64,000 bases of DNA from an uncultured Chloroflexia bacterium (lineage in GTDB: Bacteria > Chloroflexota > Limnocylindria > Limnocylindrales > CSP1-4), in assembly GCA_963763775.1 (NCBI GenBank), contig CAVXPZ010000002.1:28331-92330 (forward strand), read 5' to 3'. Under the pieces are notes generated by a model. It did not search any database, was not told the origin of the DNA, and worked only from the letters and a program-made list of their open reading frames with translations. The position numbers and the translations under genes were made by a program. The number at the start of each line of letters is the position of its first letter. Position 1 is the first letter of the stretch. This document shows positions 9,691 through 19,718 of this stretch, in pieces.

Positions 9691-10164
9691 GTGCAGACGA
9701 CCACGGCCCCCGACCGCGACATCGTCACCTGGGACGAGCTGGACCGACTCGTGGCGGACCTGGCGGAACGGCTGACCGGCGCCCAATTCGACGTGATGCT
9801 GGCGATCACCCGCGGCGGTCTCGTGCCCGCAGGCATGCTCGCCTATCGGCTGCGCCTGCGGAACATCCTCGTCGCCGCCGTCGAGTACTACGACGACCAC
9901 GGCAAGCCGGGGCCGCACCCCACGTTCCTGCAGTTCCCGGCGGATCCGCTCCTGCGCGGTCAGCGGGTGCTCATCGTCGACGAGGTCTGGGACAGCGGGA
10001 CGACGATCCACGCCGTGACGGATCGCGTGCTGCAAGCGGGCGGCATCCCGACGACGGCGGTCCTGCACTTCAAGCCGGCGCGGTCGCGCGTCCCCGGCCG
10101 GCCGGACGTGTTCGCGGTGGAGACCGACCGATGGGTCGTGTATCCCTTCAAAGCGGGCGGCTGA
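9691..10164 (+). CDS. type I phosphoribosyltransferase (purine/xanthine PRT-like)
   Basis: GTG start. PRPP-binding motif VLIVDEVWDSGTT. 158 aa. Confidence 0.7.
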   Translation: MQTTTAPDRDIVTWDELDRLVADLAERLTGAQFDVMLAITRGGLVPAGMLAYRLRLRNILVAAVEYYDDHGKPGPHPTFLQFPADPLLRGQRVLIVDEVWDSGTTIHAVTDRVLQAGGIPTTAVLHFKPARSRVPGRPDVFAVETDRWVVYPFKAGG

Positions 10165-10237
10165 CCATCGGTCGGTCCCCAGAACCAACCTGTGCCGTGC
10201 GGCCCGATGCCGCGCCATCGACCAACGGAGGCCGATC

Positions 10238-11323
10238 GTGACGACCCAGTCGATACTCCTCGTCGGAACGAAGAAGGGGGCGTTCATCCTCGAGAGCGAC
10301 GCGTCGCGTCACGACTGGACCGTGCGCGGGCCGTTGTGCGAGGGCTGGCCGATCCACGACCTGATCGTGGATCCGGCGAGCGGGGCGATCCTCGCGGCCG
10401 GCGGCAGCCCGTGGTTCGGGCCTGCCGTGTGGCGGAGCGACGACCGCGGCGAGACGTGGACCCACTCCTCGGACGGGCTCACGTACGGTGACGACGCACC
10501 GGCGGCCGTGAAGACCGTCTGGAGCCTGGCCGTGGCTCCTGACGGCACGATCCTGGCCGGGGTCGAGCCCGCCGGGCTGTTCAGGAGCCGGGATGGCGGC
10601 ACGACCTGGACGCATGTCGAGGGCCTCACGAATCATCCGACTCGCCCGACGTGGGGCCCCGGAGCGGGCGGCCTCATCCTCCATACGATCGTCCCGCACC
10701 CGGTCGATCCCGATCGCACCTGGGTAGGGATCTCGGCGGTCGGGGTCTTCGAGACCCAGGACGGCGGCGTCTCGTGGGAACCGCGCAACGTCGGCGTGCG
10801 TGCCGGGTTCCTGCCGGACCCCCATCCGATCACCGGCCAATGCGTCCACAAGTTCGCCATGGCGGCCGGCGAGCCGGACACGCTCTACCAGCAGAACCAC
10901 TGCGGCGTCTACCGTTCGGACGACGCGGGCGCGACGTGGATCGAGCTCACGGACAACGGCCTGCCGAGCGAGTTCTCGTTCCCGCTCGTGACCCACCCGC
11001 GCGACCCGGACACGGCCTGGGTGATCCCGCTCAACGGCGCCGACCAGGGACGGTTCGTCCCCGACGCGCGCCCGGCGGTCTGGCGGACCCACGATCGCGG
11101 CACGTCCTGGATCCGGGCGGATGCGGGCCTGCCGTCCGAGCACGCCTACTTCACGATCCTGCGCGAGGCCATGGCCCGTGACACGCTGGATCCGGTCGGC
11201 GTCTCGTTCGGCACGGAGACCGGCCAGCTCTGGCACAGCGCGGACGAGGGCCTGTCGTGGCGTCTGGTCACCGATGCGCTGCCGGAGATCTGGGCGGTCG
11301 AGGCCGCGGTCATCGAGCGCTGA
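10238..11323 (+). CDS. BNR/Asp-box repeat beta-propeller protein (sialidase fold, Ycf48-like)
   Basis: GTG after GGAGG. Six Asp-box motifs (SDDRGETWT, SRDGGTTWT, TQDGGVSWE, SDDAGATWI, THDRGTSWI, SADEGLSWR). Confidence 0.7.
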   Translation: MTTQSILLVGTKKGAFILESDASRHDWTVRGPLCEGWPIHDLIVDPASGAILAAGGSPWFGPAVWRSDDRGETWTHSSDGLTYGDDAPAAVKTVWSLAVAPDGTILAGVEPAGLFRSRDGGTTWTHVEGLTNHPTRPTWGPGAGGLILHTIVPHPVDPDRTWVGISAVGVFETQDGGVSWEPRNVGVRAGFLPDPHPITGQCVHKFAMAAGEPDTLYQQNHCGVYRSDDAGATWIELTDNGLPSEFSFPLVTHPRDPDTAWVIPLNGADQGRFVPDARPAVWRTHDRGTSWIRADAGLPSEHAYFTILREAMARDTLDPVGVSFGTETGQLWHSADEGLSWRLVTDALPEIWAVEAAVIER

Positions 11324-11327
11324 CGGC

Positions 11328-11591
11328 GTGGCCGTGGTGCTGCTCCCGCGCTCGCTGATCGCGCTCTTCCCCGGCGCGGAGCGGCGCTACGAGGTCGGCG
11401 GCGTCACGGTCGGCGCCGTCCTGCTGGAGCTCGACGACCGGGTCCCCGGGATCCGCGAACGCCTCGTCGAATCGGGGCCGCGGCTGCGTCCGCACATCAA
11501 CGTCTACGTCGATGGCGACCCGGCCGACCTCGTCTCGGCCGTGGGACCGTCCGCCACGGTCCACGTGCTGCCGGCGGTGTCGGGCGGCTGA
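11328..11591 (+). CDS. MoaD/ThiS-family ubiquitin-like sulfur-carrier-type protein ending in Gly-Gly
   Basis: 87 aa. GTG start 5 nt after the upstream stop. Ends ...HVLPAVSGG-stop. Beta-grasp-like composition. Confidence 0.6.
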   Translation: MAVVLLPRSLIALFPGAERRYEVGGVTVGAVLLELDDRVPGIRERLVESGPRLRPHINVYVDGDPADLVSAVGPSATVHVLPAVSGG

Positions 11592-11791
11592 CGGGAAGCA
11601 CGAGCGGCCGGGCCGGGTTGACCGGCGCGACCTGGGAGTTGCGCGGGGGGACGCCCTCCTGGATCGGCGCCGGTCGGATCACATCGTCGCCGAGCTCGCG
11701 ATCCGTTCCGAGGGCGCGAACCGGCAGACTCGACCCGACGCGGTTGCACGGTCGCGGCAACGCCACGAGGCGGACGCGCTATGGTCCCGCC

Positions 11792-12976
11792 ATGGCCATC
11801 GATGGGCAGATGGGCGACGACGTCGAAGGATTCGACCTCGAGGCGATCGTGACGATCGTGGCGGCGGACGTCGGCGAACGCCCGGACGACGTCCGCGAGG
11901 CCGTCGAGCAGGTCATCCGTCTCGCCCTCGGACCGACCGAGCCCGGGGCGGCCGCCGGGATCGTCGAAGCCGACGGCGAGCGGGCCGCGCGTGACGGGAT
12001 GCTCCCGGAGCAGCTCATCGACCGGTACCTCTCCACCCTCTGGGCCGTCTGGGAGGCCAGCGCCTCCGGAGCGAGCTCGAAGGGCGCCCTCGTGATGCTC
12101 GGTGACCGGCTCCTCCACGCCGCCGACGAATTGGTCGCCGCGGTGGCGGTCGGCTATCGGTCGGTCGAGCGCGACCTCATCGTCCGGAACGCCGAGGCAC
12201 GACGCGCCTTCCTCGAGGAGCTGCTGGGGGCCGTCGCCGTGGACACGAGCGCGATCGGGCGACTTCGGCGGATCAGCGCCCGGAACGGCCTCGACCCGTC
12301 GGCCAACTACCGGCTCGTGGCGATCGCGGCGGACGGCGACACGGACGACACCGAGACCGAGGCCCTGGCCGGCCGGCTCCGGCTCGTCGTCGCCCGCCCG
12401 GCTGGGCTCGATCGGGCGCGAGCCGGCGTCACGCTGCCGCAGGTCATCACCTGGCGCGGGCGCGTCCTCGTCCTCGCCCGGGCGTCGTGGCCCGGTCTCG
12501 CCGGGCTCCAGGCGAGCCTCGCCGACGCCGCCGGCACGCGCTGGACGGCCGTGGTGTCGCCATCGATCGCGGGCGTGCAAGGTCTCGCGCCCGCCCTCGC
12601 CAGGCTGCTGGACACCCTGCGGACGGCGCGTCGGCTGCATCACGACGGCTGGATCGAGCACCCCGACGACCTCGCAGTCGAACGGTTGATGCTGGCCGAC
12701 GACGTCCTGCTCCAGACGATCGTGGATCGCGAGCTCGGACCGCTGCTCGACGACGCGCGCATGGGCGACGAGCTCGTCCACACGCTCCAGGTCTACTTCG
12801 ACGCCGGCGAGAACATGCGCGAGACCGCACGACGACTGCATCTCGCCAATCGGACGGTCGCCTACCGGATCGAGCGGATCGCGACCCTCCTGGGGCACCC
12901 GCTGGACGGCGCCTCGCGCCAGCGCCTGGTGATCGCGCTGCTCGCGCGACGGATCCTGGGCGGGGACACCGCCTGA
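11792..12976 (+). CDS. PucR/CdaR-family transcriptional regulator
   Basis: C-terminal PucR-type HTH (...LQVYFDAGENMRETARRLHLANRTVAYRIERIATLLG). Start placed at MAIDGQ; the longer upstream extension is low-complexity. Confidence 0.7.
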   Translation: MAIDGQMGDDVEGFDLEAIVTIVAADVGERPDDVREAVEQVIRLALGPTEPGAAAGIVEADGERAARDGMLPEQLIDRYLSTLWAVWEASASGASSKGALVMLGDRLLHAADELVAAVAVGYRSVERDLIVRNAEARRAFLEELLGAVAVDTSAIGRLRRISARNGLDPSANYRLVAIAADGDTDDTETEALAGRLRLVVARPAGLDRARAGVTLPQVITWRGRVLVLARASWPGLAGLQASLADAAGTRWTAVVSPSIAGVQGLAPALARLLDTLRTARRLHHDGWIEHPDDLAVERLMLADDVLLQTIVDRELGPLLDDARMGDELVHTLQVYFDAGENMRETARRLHLANRTVAYRIERIATLLGHPLDGASRQRLVIALLARRILGGDTA

Positions 12977-12978
12977 CC

Positions 12979-14558
12979 CTAGGGGCCGAGGACGCCGGCG
13001 AACGGGTCGAACGCCTCCGAGCGGTCCGCCACGGCGTCGCCGCCGAGGGCCCGGGCCGAGGAGACGTCCGGCGCATCGCCCGCGACGGACCGCCAGCCGC
13101 GATCGATGAGCATCTCGAGCGTCGCCGTCGCGACGCCGATCGCCCGCTGGGCGTGGTCGAGCGCGACGCCGGTCAGGTTCGCGGGCTCGCGGGCGGCCCC
13201 GACTTCGCGGGCGATCCGGGCCGCTGCCCGCGTCTCGCGCGCGACCGCCTGCGTCCGGCCGGACGGCGGATCACGATCGCGACGTCGCCCGAGATGGAGA
13301 GGCCCGCGCTCAGGATGAACGGCCAGGCCGCCGCCTGGTCTGGCGGGACGTCGGGCTCGACGAAGGCCATCGGGTGGCCCGAGTAGATCTCGCGACGGAT
13401 CGCCACCTCGGCGATCGAGCGGGCGCCAGCCGCCGGCTCGTCGACGATCCACGGCGGCAGGGCCCCGACGGCGACCTGGTCGGCCGGGACGCCGTCGGCG
13501 CGCGCGAGCGACACCGCGAGCAGCTGGAGCGCGAGCGCCCGGCCGCAGCGCGTCGCCGGGTCCGACGGGATCCCGACGCGCAGGTCCGGCGCCACGACGA
13601 GCGACCCGGCGCCGATCATGAGGATGGTGCCGGCCCGACGATGGAGCCGGTGGGCGAAGGCGTGGTCGGAGAGCGCACGCGCCGGATCGATCCCGGTGGC
13701 GACGATCTCGGCCATCGGATCGGCCTCCACGAGATCGATGCGCTCGAAGGCGGCGACGACCGCATCCTCGGGCGACCAGAGCGCCGGAGCCGCGGTCGCG
13801 AGCCGGACATAGCCGCGTCGCTGGGCCGCCAGGCTGTCCGTCAGTCGGCGGATCTCCGCGAGCGCCCGCTGGCTCCCCGCCGGGGCGGGCTCGACCCGTT
13901 CGCGCCCGCCATGTCCGCCGCGGCCCTCGCCGGCGCGCCACTCCGGGACGTCCTCGCCGACGCCCTGCAGGCGCTCGGCCAATTCCCGCCCGACGGGGAC
14001 CTCGATGCGGATGACGTCGGCGCCGGCGGCGACGAGCTCGTCGACCTCGTCGAGCGCGCCGTCGAGATCCGGTTCGACGAGCGTCGTGCCGATCCAGGGT
14101 CGCGGCGCGTCACCGAGCAGGCCGATGATCTCGCGCCGCGCGGTCCGGTCGGCGTCGATCCGCTCGATGGCCGCTCGGCCGAGGCGTGTCGCCTCGGCCT
14201 CGGCGACGGCTCGGCGGTCGGGCTCGCGGAGCAGGTCGGCCTCGAGGCCGAGGTCGACGATGCCCGCGGCGACGTCCATCGCCAGCTGCTGCGGGTCGAG
14301 GTCGTATTCGAGCAGGCCCATCGCGAACGGCAGGGCGATCCCGCCCCCGAGACCGCGCCGGTCACGCGCCAGCCAGCGGTCGACCGTGGCCCCCGCGAGC
14401 GGCCGGCCGTCCCGATCGAGGCCGGTCACCCCGAACAGCCGGAGCACGGCGCGCTCCTGGCCCAGCGAGGTCGTCTCACGGGCGCGCGGCGCGAGGGACG
14501 CCGCAAGCGTGTCGGCGCGGGCCACGAGCGCGTCGAGCGGGCCCCAATCGCTCCTCAC
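12979..14558 (-). CDS. KamD-like protein (lysine 5,6-aminomutase alpha-subunit family, TIM barrel); apparent frameshift near 13270
   Basis: GTG start overlapping the DmpA stop (GTGA). The N-terminal 460 aa are in one frame and the C-terminal 90 aa (...VARETRAAARIAREVGAAREP...FDPFAGVLGP) in another. No KamE beta subunit is adjacent. Confidence 0.55.
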
Positions 14559-15680
14559 CCGGCGAGTCTCCCGGCCGCGTGGAGCATCGCGAGCGTCCGA
14601 TCGATCGGGAGGCCGCGGACGACGTGGCCGTCACGACCCTCGACGGTGTCGGCCCGGAAGAGGGCGTCGAGCACCGCCGCTTCGGTCGCCTCGACGACCG
14701 CGCCGAAGAACGGGTCGAGGTATTCGTCGTCGATGGTCTCGACCGCGAGCAACGGCTGTCCGCTCCCGCGCGGGATGCGCAGGCCGGTCGAGAACGCGAG
14801 GAAGATCTCCCCCGAGCCGTGACCCGCGGTCGAGCCGGTCCTGGCCAGGCCCATCCCCGCGCGCCGGGCCAGCCGGGTCAGCGCCGGGCCGAGCAGGGGC
14901 GCGTCGGTCGCCACGACGACCGCGCAACTGCCGCGCTCGCGGTCGTGCGGGATCGCCTCCGGCCAACCCCCGGCCGTCAGGGCCTCGCCGACCCGGACGC
15001 CGTCGACCGTCAGGCGTCCCATGCGTCCGAAGTTCGCGAGCACCATGACGCCGACCGTGTAGGCGGGACCTCGAGGGCCCCCGCGACCGTCGAGGTCCTG
15101 CGGAATCGCGACGGTCGACCGGATGGACGACGCGCGACGCCGAGCCGATGCCGCCTTTCATCTCGTAGCAGATCATCCCCGTCCCCGCTCCGACGACGCC
15201 GCCGGCCACCGGGCCGCGCTCCGGGCCGGCGGCATCGGCCAGGGCCGCCCGCACGTCGGTCGCGTCGACCTGGACGGTCCGGGACGCGTTCAGCCAGCCG
15301 TCATCGCACTCGCCGACGGCCGGCATGAGCGCGTCATCGATCCCGGCCGCCTCGTCCAGCTCGACGAGCGTGGCGACGGCCGCGTCGTAGACGCGACCGA
15401 TCGCCATCGAGCTGGTCCACAGGATCGGCGTCTCGAGGACCCCCCACTCGCCGATCGTGGTGATCCCGATCGCCTCGCCGGCGCCGTTGAGGACGGCGGC
15501 CCCGGCCGGCACGCGCTGCTGGAACAGCTCGCCGATCCCGAACGGGACGATGGCGGTCACCCCGGTCCGCGCGATCCCGCGACCCTCCGGGGGCGGCGGC
15601 TCGTCGCGCCAGACCGTCGCGTGGCCGACGCGAACGTTCGCGACGTCGACGATCGAATCGGTCGGGCCGGGCGGGAGCAT
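14555..15680 (-). CDS. DmpA/OAT-type S58 peptidase (L-aminopeptidase/D-Ala esterase-amidase family); apparent frameshift near 15080
   Basis: N part MLPPGPTDSIVDVANVRVGH...GGIGSASRVV and C part ...GPAYTVGVMVLANFGRMGRL... lie in different frames. Confidence 0.7.
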
Positions 15681-15835
15681 CCCGATGTGGATGCCCAGGT
15701 CGCGCGGGCGGGCTCGCGGGAGCGGCGGGGTCACGGGCACCTCCGAGCGGGCGGCTCGCCCGGTCGCGCGCCCCGGGCTCCTCGATGTCCCAGTATGGCC
15801 GCGCTCAGTCGACGGTGCCGGCCAGCCGGTTCCCC

Positions 15836-16646
15836 GCGAGGAACCCGCGGAACGCCAGACCGGGTCGTCGGACACGTACCGGACGCCGCGATCGCCGACC
15901 CGCTCCGCGCCCGGCACGATCGCGGCATGGTCGGCGACGACCCCGCGCGCGTACTCGACCTCGATGACGACCGGCGGTGGGACCGTGAGCCGCTGCAGGG
16001 CGCCAGGCTCGGCGGCTCGGCGCACGGCCCGCTCAGCGCCGGCGCGGACCCGGTCGCGGGCCACGCTCGGATGCACGGAGGCCGCGCTGTTGCCGCCGTC
16101 CGCGACCTTGACCACGACCCGCTCGGTCCACGGCAGCCAGGCCTCGACCTCCTCGGCCAGCGCATCGTCGCCCGTCACCAGCCCGACCGGGATGCCCCAG
16201 GCGCCGAGGACCAGGGCGTTCAGGCCGTACTCACCCGTCGGTCGTCCGGCGAGGCGGGTCTCGACGGGCCGGCCCGAATAGGTGTGGGCGATCGTGCCTC
16301 GCGGGTGCCCGGCCCGGGCGTGGTACCCGACGAACAGGGCGACGTCGAATGCCGGGCCACCGTCCGGCCCGGGCTGGGCGCCGGCGACCATCGACCAGGC
16401 CTTCTCGCCCTGGAGGACCCGGGCCGCCGGGTGCAGCTCGGCCGGGAGCAGGTTGCGCATGTCCCAGTGGCTGTCGTTGACCAGGATGTCGTCCGCGCCG
16501 GCGGCGACCGCGCCCTCGATGGCGGCGTTCGTCTCGCCGATCATGAGCTCGACGGACGCGGGATAGCGGACGTTCGCCGGATCCGTCGGGTGCGGATGGC
16601 TGACGCCGCCGATGCCCTCCATGTCGACGCTGATGTACACCCTCAC
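15836..16646 (-). CDS. D-aminopeptidase DppA (peptidase M55)
   Basis: GTG start after GAGGAGG. N-terminal MRVYISVDMEGIGGV is the M55 signature. The 3' end is approximate: the ORF runs into DmpA with no stop, so there is probably an indel. Confidence 0.7.
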
Positions 16647-17392
16647 GACGGCCCCTCCTCGAGTCCGGTCCGCGCGGCATGCCCCACCCAGACGTGGCCG
16701 TCCGCGAACCGTTCGGCCTTCCAGATCGGCACCCGCGCCTTCGTCTCATCGATCGCGTAGCGAGCCGCCTCGAAGGCGGCGGCTCGATGCGGCGACACGG
16801 CGACGACGGCGATGGACGCCTCGCCGAGCGGCACGACCCCGAGACGGTGGACGATGGCCAGGCCGTCGACGCCGAACCGCGCCTCGACCTCGTCGGCGAT
16901 CGTCGCGAGCATCGCGAGGGCCATCGACTCGTGGGCCTCGTACTCGAGCGACTCGACGTCCCGTCCGACGTGCCGGGCCGCCTCGGCCTCCTGCCCGGGT
17001 GCCGGGGTCCCGGGCGTCGACCGGGTCCGCCCCAGGAACCCGACGACCGCGCCGTCGCCCGGGTCGGCGAGCCGGTCCGCCAACTCCCCGAGGACCGACG
17101 CGTCGAACGGCGACTCGCGCAGCTCGAGGACTCGCGTCGCCGACCCGCCCGAGACCGGCGGGATCATCGCGACCTCGTCCCCGTCAGCGAGGGCGGTCAT
17201 GGGGTCCGCGTACGCGCCGTTGCACGCGAACCTGACGGACGGCCGCCCGGGCCCGAGGACCGGGAACCGCGCGACGAGCGCGGCCCAGGCATCCTCGATC
17301 GTCGCGCCGTCGCCGAGCTCGACCGGGACGTCGCGCGTGCCGGCCTGTTCGCGCTGCATCGCGAACAGGCGGATCCGGACCGTGATGGGCAT
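16643..17392 (-). CDS. MoaD-MoaE fusion (molybdopterin synthase small and large subunits)
   Basis: The N-terminal 85 aa form a MoaD-like domain ending IPPVSGG. The C-terminal part is a MoaE domain (IVHRLGVVPLGEASIAVVAVSPHRAAAFEAARYAIDETKARVPIWKAE). Stop overlaps the dppA start (GTGA). Confidence 0.8.
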   Translation of the reverse strand: MPITVRIRLFAMQREQAGTRDVPVELGDGATIEDAWAALVARFPVLGPGRPSVRFACNGAYADPMTALADGDEVAMIPPVSGGSATRVLELRESPFDASVLGELADRLADPGDGAVVGFLGRTRSTPGTPAPGQEAEAARHVGRDVESLEYEAHESMALAMLATIADEVEARFGVDGLAIVHRLGVVPLGEASIAVVAVSPHRAAAFEAARYAIDETKARVPIWKAERFADGHVWVGHAARTGLEEGPS

Positions 17393-17393
17393 C

Positions 17394-18062
17394 TCAGCCG
17401 TGCCACGTCGCGACGAGCAGCCCGTCGCCGAGCGGGAGGATCGTCGCGGTGAATCGCGGGTCGCCCAGGACGGTGGCGCAGAAGGCCCGCAGCGCCTCGG
17501 TGTTCGCGTCGCCCGTGCCGCCGCCCGTCGCCCCGGACGATCGGCCGCTCCACAGGACGTTGTCCGCGACGACGAGGGCGTGCGGGGCGAGGCGCGGGAT
17601 CAGCGCCTCGAGGTACGCCCCGTATTCCGGCTTGAGGGCATCGATGAAGGCGAGGTCGAACGGTCCGTCCAGCGCCGGGACCGCGGCGGCGAACGCCTCG
17701 AGCGCCGGCGCGGAGACCACGATGATCCGATCGTCGGCGATGCCCGCATCGCGCCACCAGCCGCGCGCGAGGTCCGTCCGCGTCCGGTCCGGGTCGATGG
17801 TCGCGATCGTCCCGTCGCCGGGCTGGCCGAGGGCGAGCCAGAGCGTCGAGTAGCCGTACGCGGTGCCGACCTCGACGATCCGACGCCGCCCGCCCGCCAG
17901 GACCGAGAGGACCCGGCCGGAGTCCCGGTCGACGATCGGGACATGGAGCGGCTCGGCCGCCGCCTCGATCGCGAGGAGCGCGGGTACCGGCGGCAGCCCG
18001 AGCGACTCGATCCACTCGAGGTCGGTCGTGGTCGGGATCCAGCTCCGATCGTCCTTGCCCAT
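17394..18062 (-). CDS. class I SAM-dependent O-methyltransferase (caffeoyl-CoA OMT-like)
   Basis: VLEVGTAYGYSTLWLA SAM-binding motif and a catechol-OMT-like C-terminal half. Confidence 0.8.
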   Translation of the reverse strand: MGKDDRSWIPTTTDLEWIESLGLPPVPALLAIEAAAEPLHVPIVDRDSGRVLSVLAGGRRRIVEVGTAYGYSTLWLALGQPGDGTIATIDPDRTRTDLARGWWRDAGIADDRIIVVSAPALEAFAAAVPALDGPFDLAFIDALKPEYGAYLEALIPRLAPHALVVADNVLWSGRSSGATGGGTGDANTEALRAFCATVLGDPRFTATILPLGDGLLVATWHG

Positions 18063-18076
18063 CGTCGTCTCCTCTT

Positions 18077-18916
18077 CTAGACCAGCAGTCCGGCGCCGAA
18101 ATACAGCCCGGCGGCGAGGATGGTCCCCGCGGCGACCGATCCGACGTTGATGTACAGCAGCCCGGTCGCCGACTCCATCGACCGCGTTCGCGCCGTCTTG
18201 ACCGAGGCCACCGACACGATCAACGGGAACACGAGTCCGACGATCAGTCGCAGCCACACGAACAGCGCCCACGGGCCGACGAGCGCCGCGAACGGCGCGA
18301 CGTCCGCCGGACCGGCACCCGTCGCGGTCCACGCCGCGAACAGCACGACCTGGATGGCGATCACGGCGACCAGCACGCGCGTCAGCAGGATGAGCGGCCC
18401 CTCGGCCAGCTTGGGTGTCACGAGATACCAATGGCCGAGGATCATCGCCGCGAAGACGCCGCCGATCGCCGCCGCGACGACCGCCAGCTGCGTCAACAGG
18501 GAGACACTGCCCATCGCGCCGCCGCCCCAGGCGAGCGCGCCGAAGACCAGCGTCGCGACCCCGGCCGCCAGGGCGGCCCAGCCGAGCGCGTCCGCGACCC
18601 CGGGCCGGATCCGGCGGAGGAGCAGGGCGCCGCCCGCCAGGAGGCAGAAGGCCGCCAGGGCTTCGCGGCGAGGCGCGTCCCATGCCGGGTCGACGGTCAC
18701 CGGCGAGTCACCGAGTGTCGTGGGAAGGGCCCCGTCCGAGATCCACGCGAGGACGCCGAACGCGATCGCGCAGACCGCGGTGAACGCCAGATAGCCGCTC
18801 GTGGCGGCCGTCCGACGGTGCAGCATGACGACCGCGGCATAGGTCCCGAGCGCGAGGCCCGTCAGCAACGTCCAGTTGATGAAGGCGAGGTTCTGGGCGA
18901 TCTGTGTGGCGGGCAC
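18077..18916 (-). CDS. polytopic integral membrane protein, function unknown (first gene of the operon)
   Basis: About 8 predicted hydrophobic helices and no recognisable motif. Confidence 0.55.
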   Translation of the reverse strand: MPATQIAQNLAFINWTLLTGLALGTYAAVVMLHRRTAATSGYLAFTAVCAIAFGVLAWISDGALPTTLGDSPVTVDPAWDAPRREALAAFCLLAGGALLLRRIRPGVADALGWAALAAGVATLVFGALAWGGGAMGSVSLLTQLAVVAAAIGGVFAAMILGHWYLVTPKLAEGPLILLTRVLVAVIAIQVVLFAAWTATGAGPADVAPFAALVGPWALFVWLRLIVGLVFPLIVSVASVKTARTRSMESATGLLYINVGSVAAGTILAAGLYFGAGLLV

Positions 18917-18969
18917 GAACGCGAGTGTAGCCGCGTCGCTAGCATCGTCGGCACAGGAGGTTCGAAGCG

Positions 18970-19701
18970 ATGGGTATCGGTCGCGACACGACGGTCACCT
19001 GGTACGGCCACGCCTGCGTCGAGGTCCGGACACCGGGCGGGAAGGTGATCCTGATCGACCCGTGGTTCGGCAACCCGCGCTCACCCCGGACGGCCAATTC
19101 GGTCGACCGGTGCGACATCATGCTGGTGACCCACGGGCACAGCGACCATATGGGCGAGGCCGTGGCGATCGCCAGCCGGCTCCGGCCAGCGTGGCCGTGC
19201 ATCCATGAGATGAGCCTGTGGCTGGCCCGGCGGCTCGCCGGCGGCGGCGAGGCCGTCATCGGCATGAACAAGGGCGGGACCGTCGAGCTCGACGGCGTCA
19301 AGGTGACGATGACCGGCGCCGACCATTCCGCCGGCGACTGGAACGCCGCCGGCGAGGTCCCGCTCTACCTGGGCGAGCCTGCCGGGTTCGTGGTCGAACT
19401 CGAGAACGGGTTCCGCCTCTACCACGCGGGCGACACGAACGTCTTCGGGGACATGCGCATCATCGGCGAGCTGTATCACCCCGACGTCGCCCTGCTCCCG
19501 ATCGGGGGGCACTACACCATGGGCCCGACCGAAGCCGCCCTCGCGGCCGAGTTGCTCGGCGTGGATACCGTCATCGCCATCCACTACGGGACGTTCCCGA
19601 TCCTGGCCGGGACCCCGGACGCGCTCCGCGCGGCCCTCGCCGCCCGCGGACGGTCGGACGTGATCGTCTACGCGCCGGAACCGGGTGAGCCGGTCGGCTG
19701 A
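18970..19701 (+). CDS. MBL-fold metal-dependent hydrolase (UPF0173 family)
   Basis: HGHSDH metal-binding motif; 243 aa. Confidence 0.8.
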   Translation: MGIGRDTTVTWYGHACVEVRTPGGKVILIDPWFGNPRSPRTANSVDRCDIMLVTHGHSDHMGEAVAIASRLRPAWPCIHEMSLWLARRLAGGGEAVIGMNKGGTVELDGVKVTMTGADHSAGDWNAAGEVPLYLGEPAGFVVELENGFRLYHAGDTNVFGDMRIIGELYHPDVALLPIGGHYTMGPTEAALAAELLGVDTVIAIHYGTFPILAGTPDALRAALAARGRSDVIVYAPEPGEPVG

Positions 19702-19718
19702 GTCCCGCCGGGACCGCG

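Noticed and set aside
7173-9836. 887-aa minus-strand ORF antisense to the acyl-CoA synthetase gene (plus the 7784-9550 plus-strand alternate frame)
   Set aside because: Arg/Pro/Gly-rich low-complexity translation typical of stop-free off-frames in 70 percent GC DNA. The plus-strand frame from 7617 has the real AMP-binding motifs
11504-12898. 464-aa minus-strand ORF
   Set aside because: Antisense to the PucR-family regulator and lacks motifs
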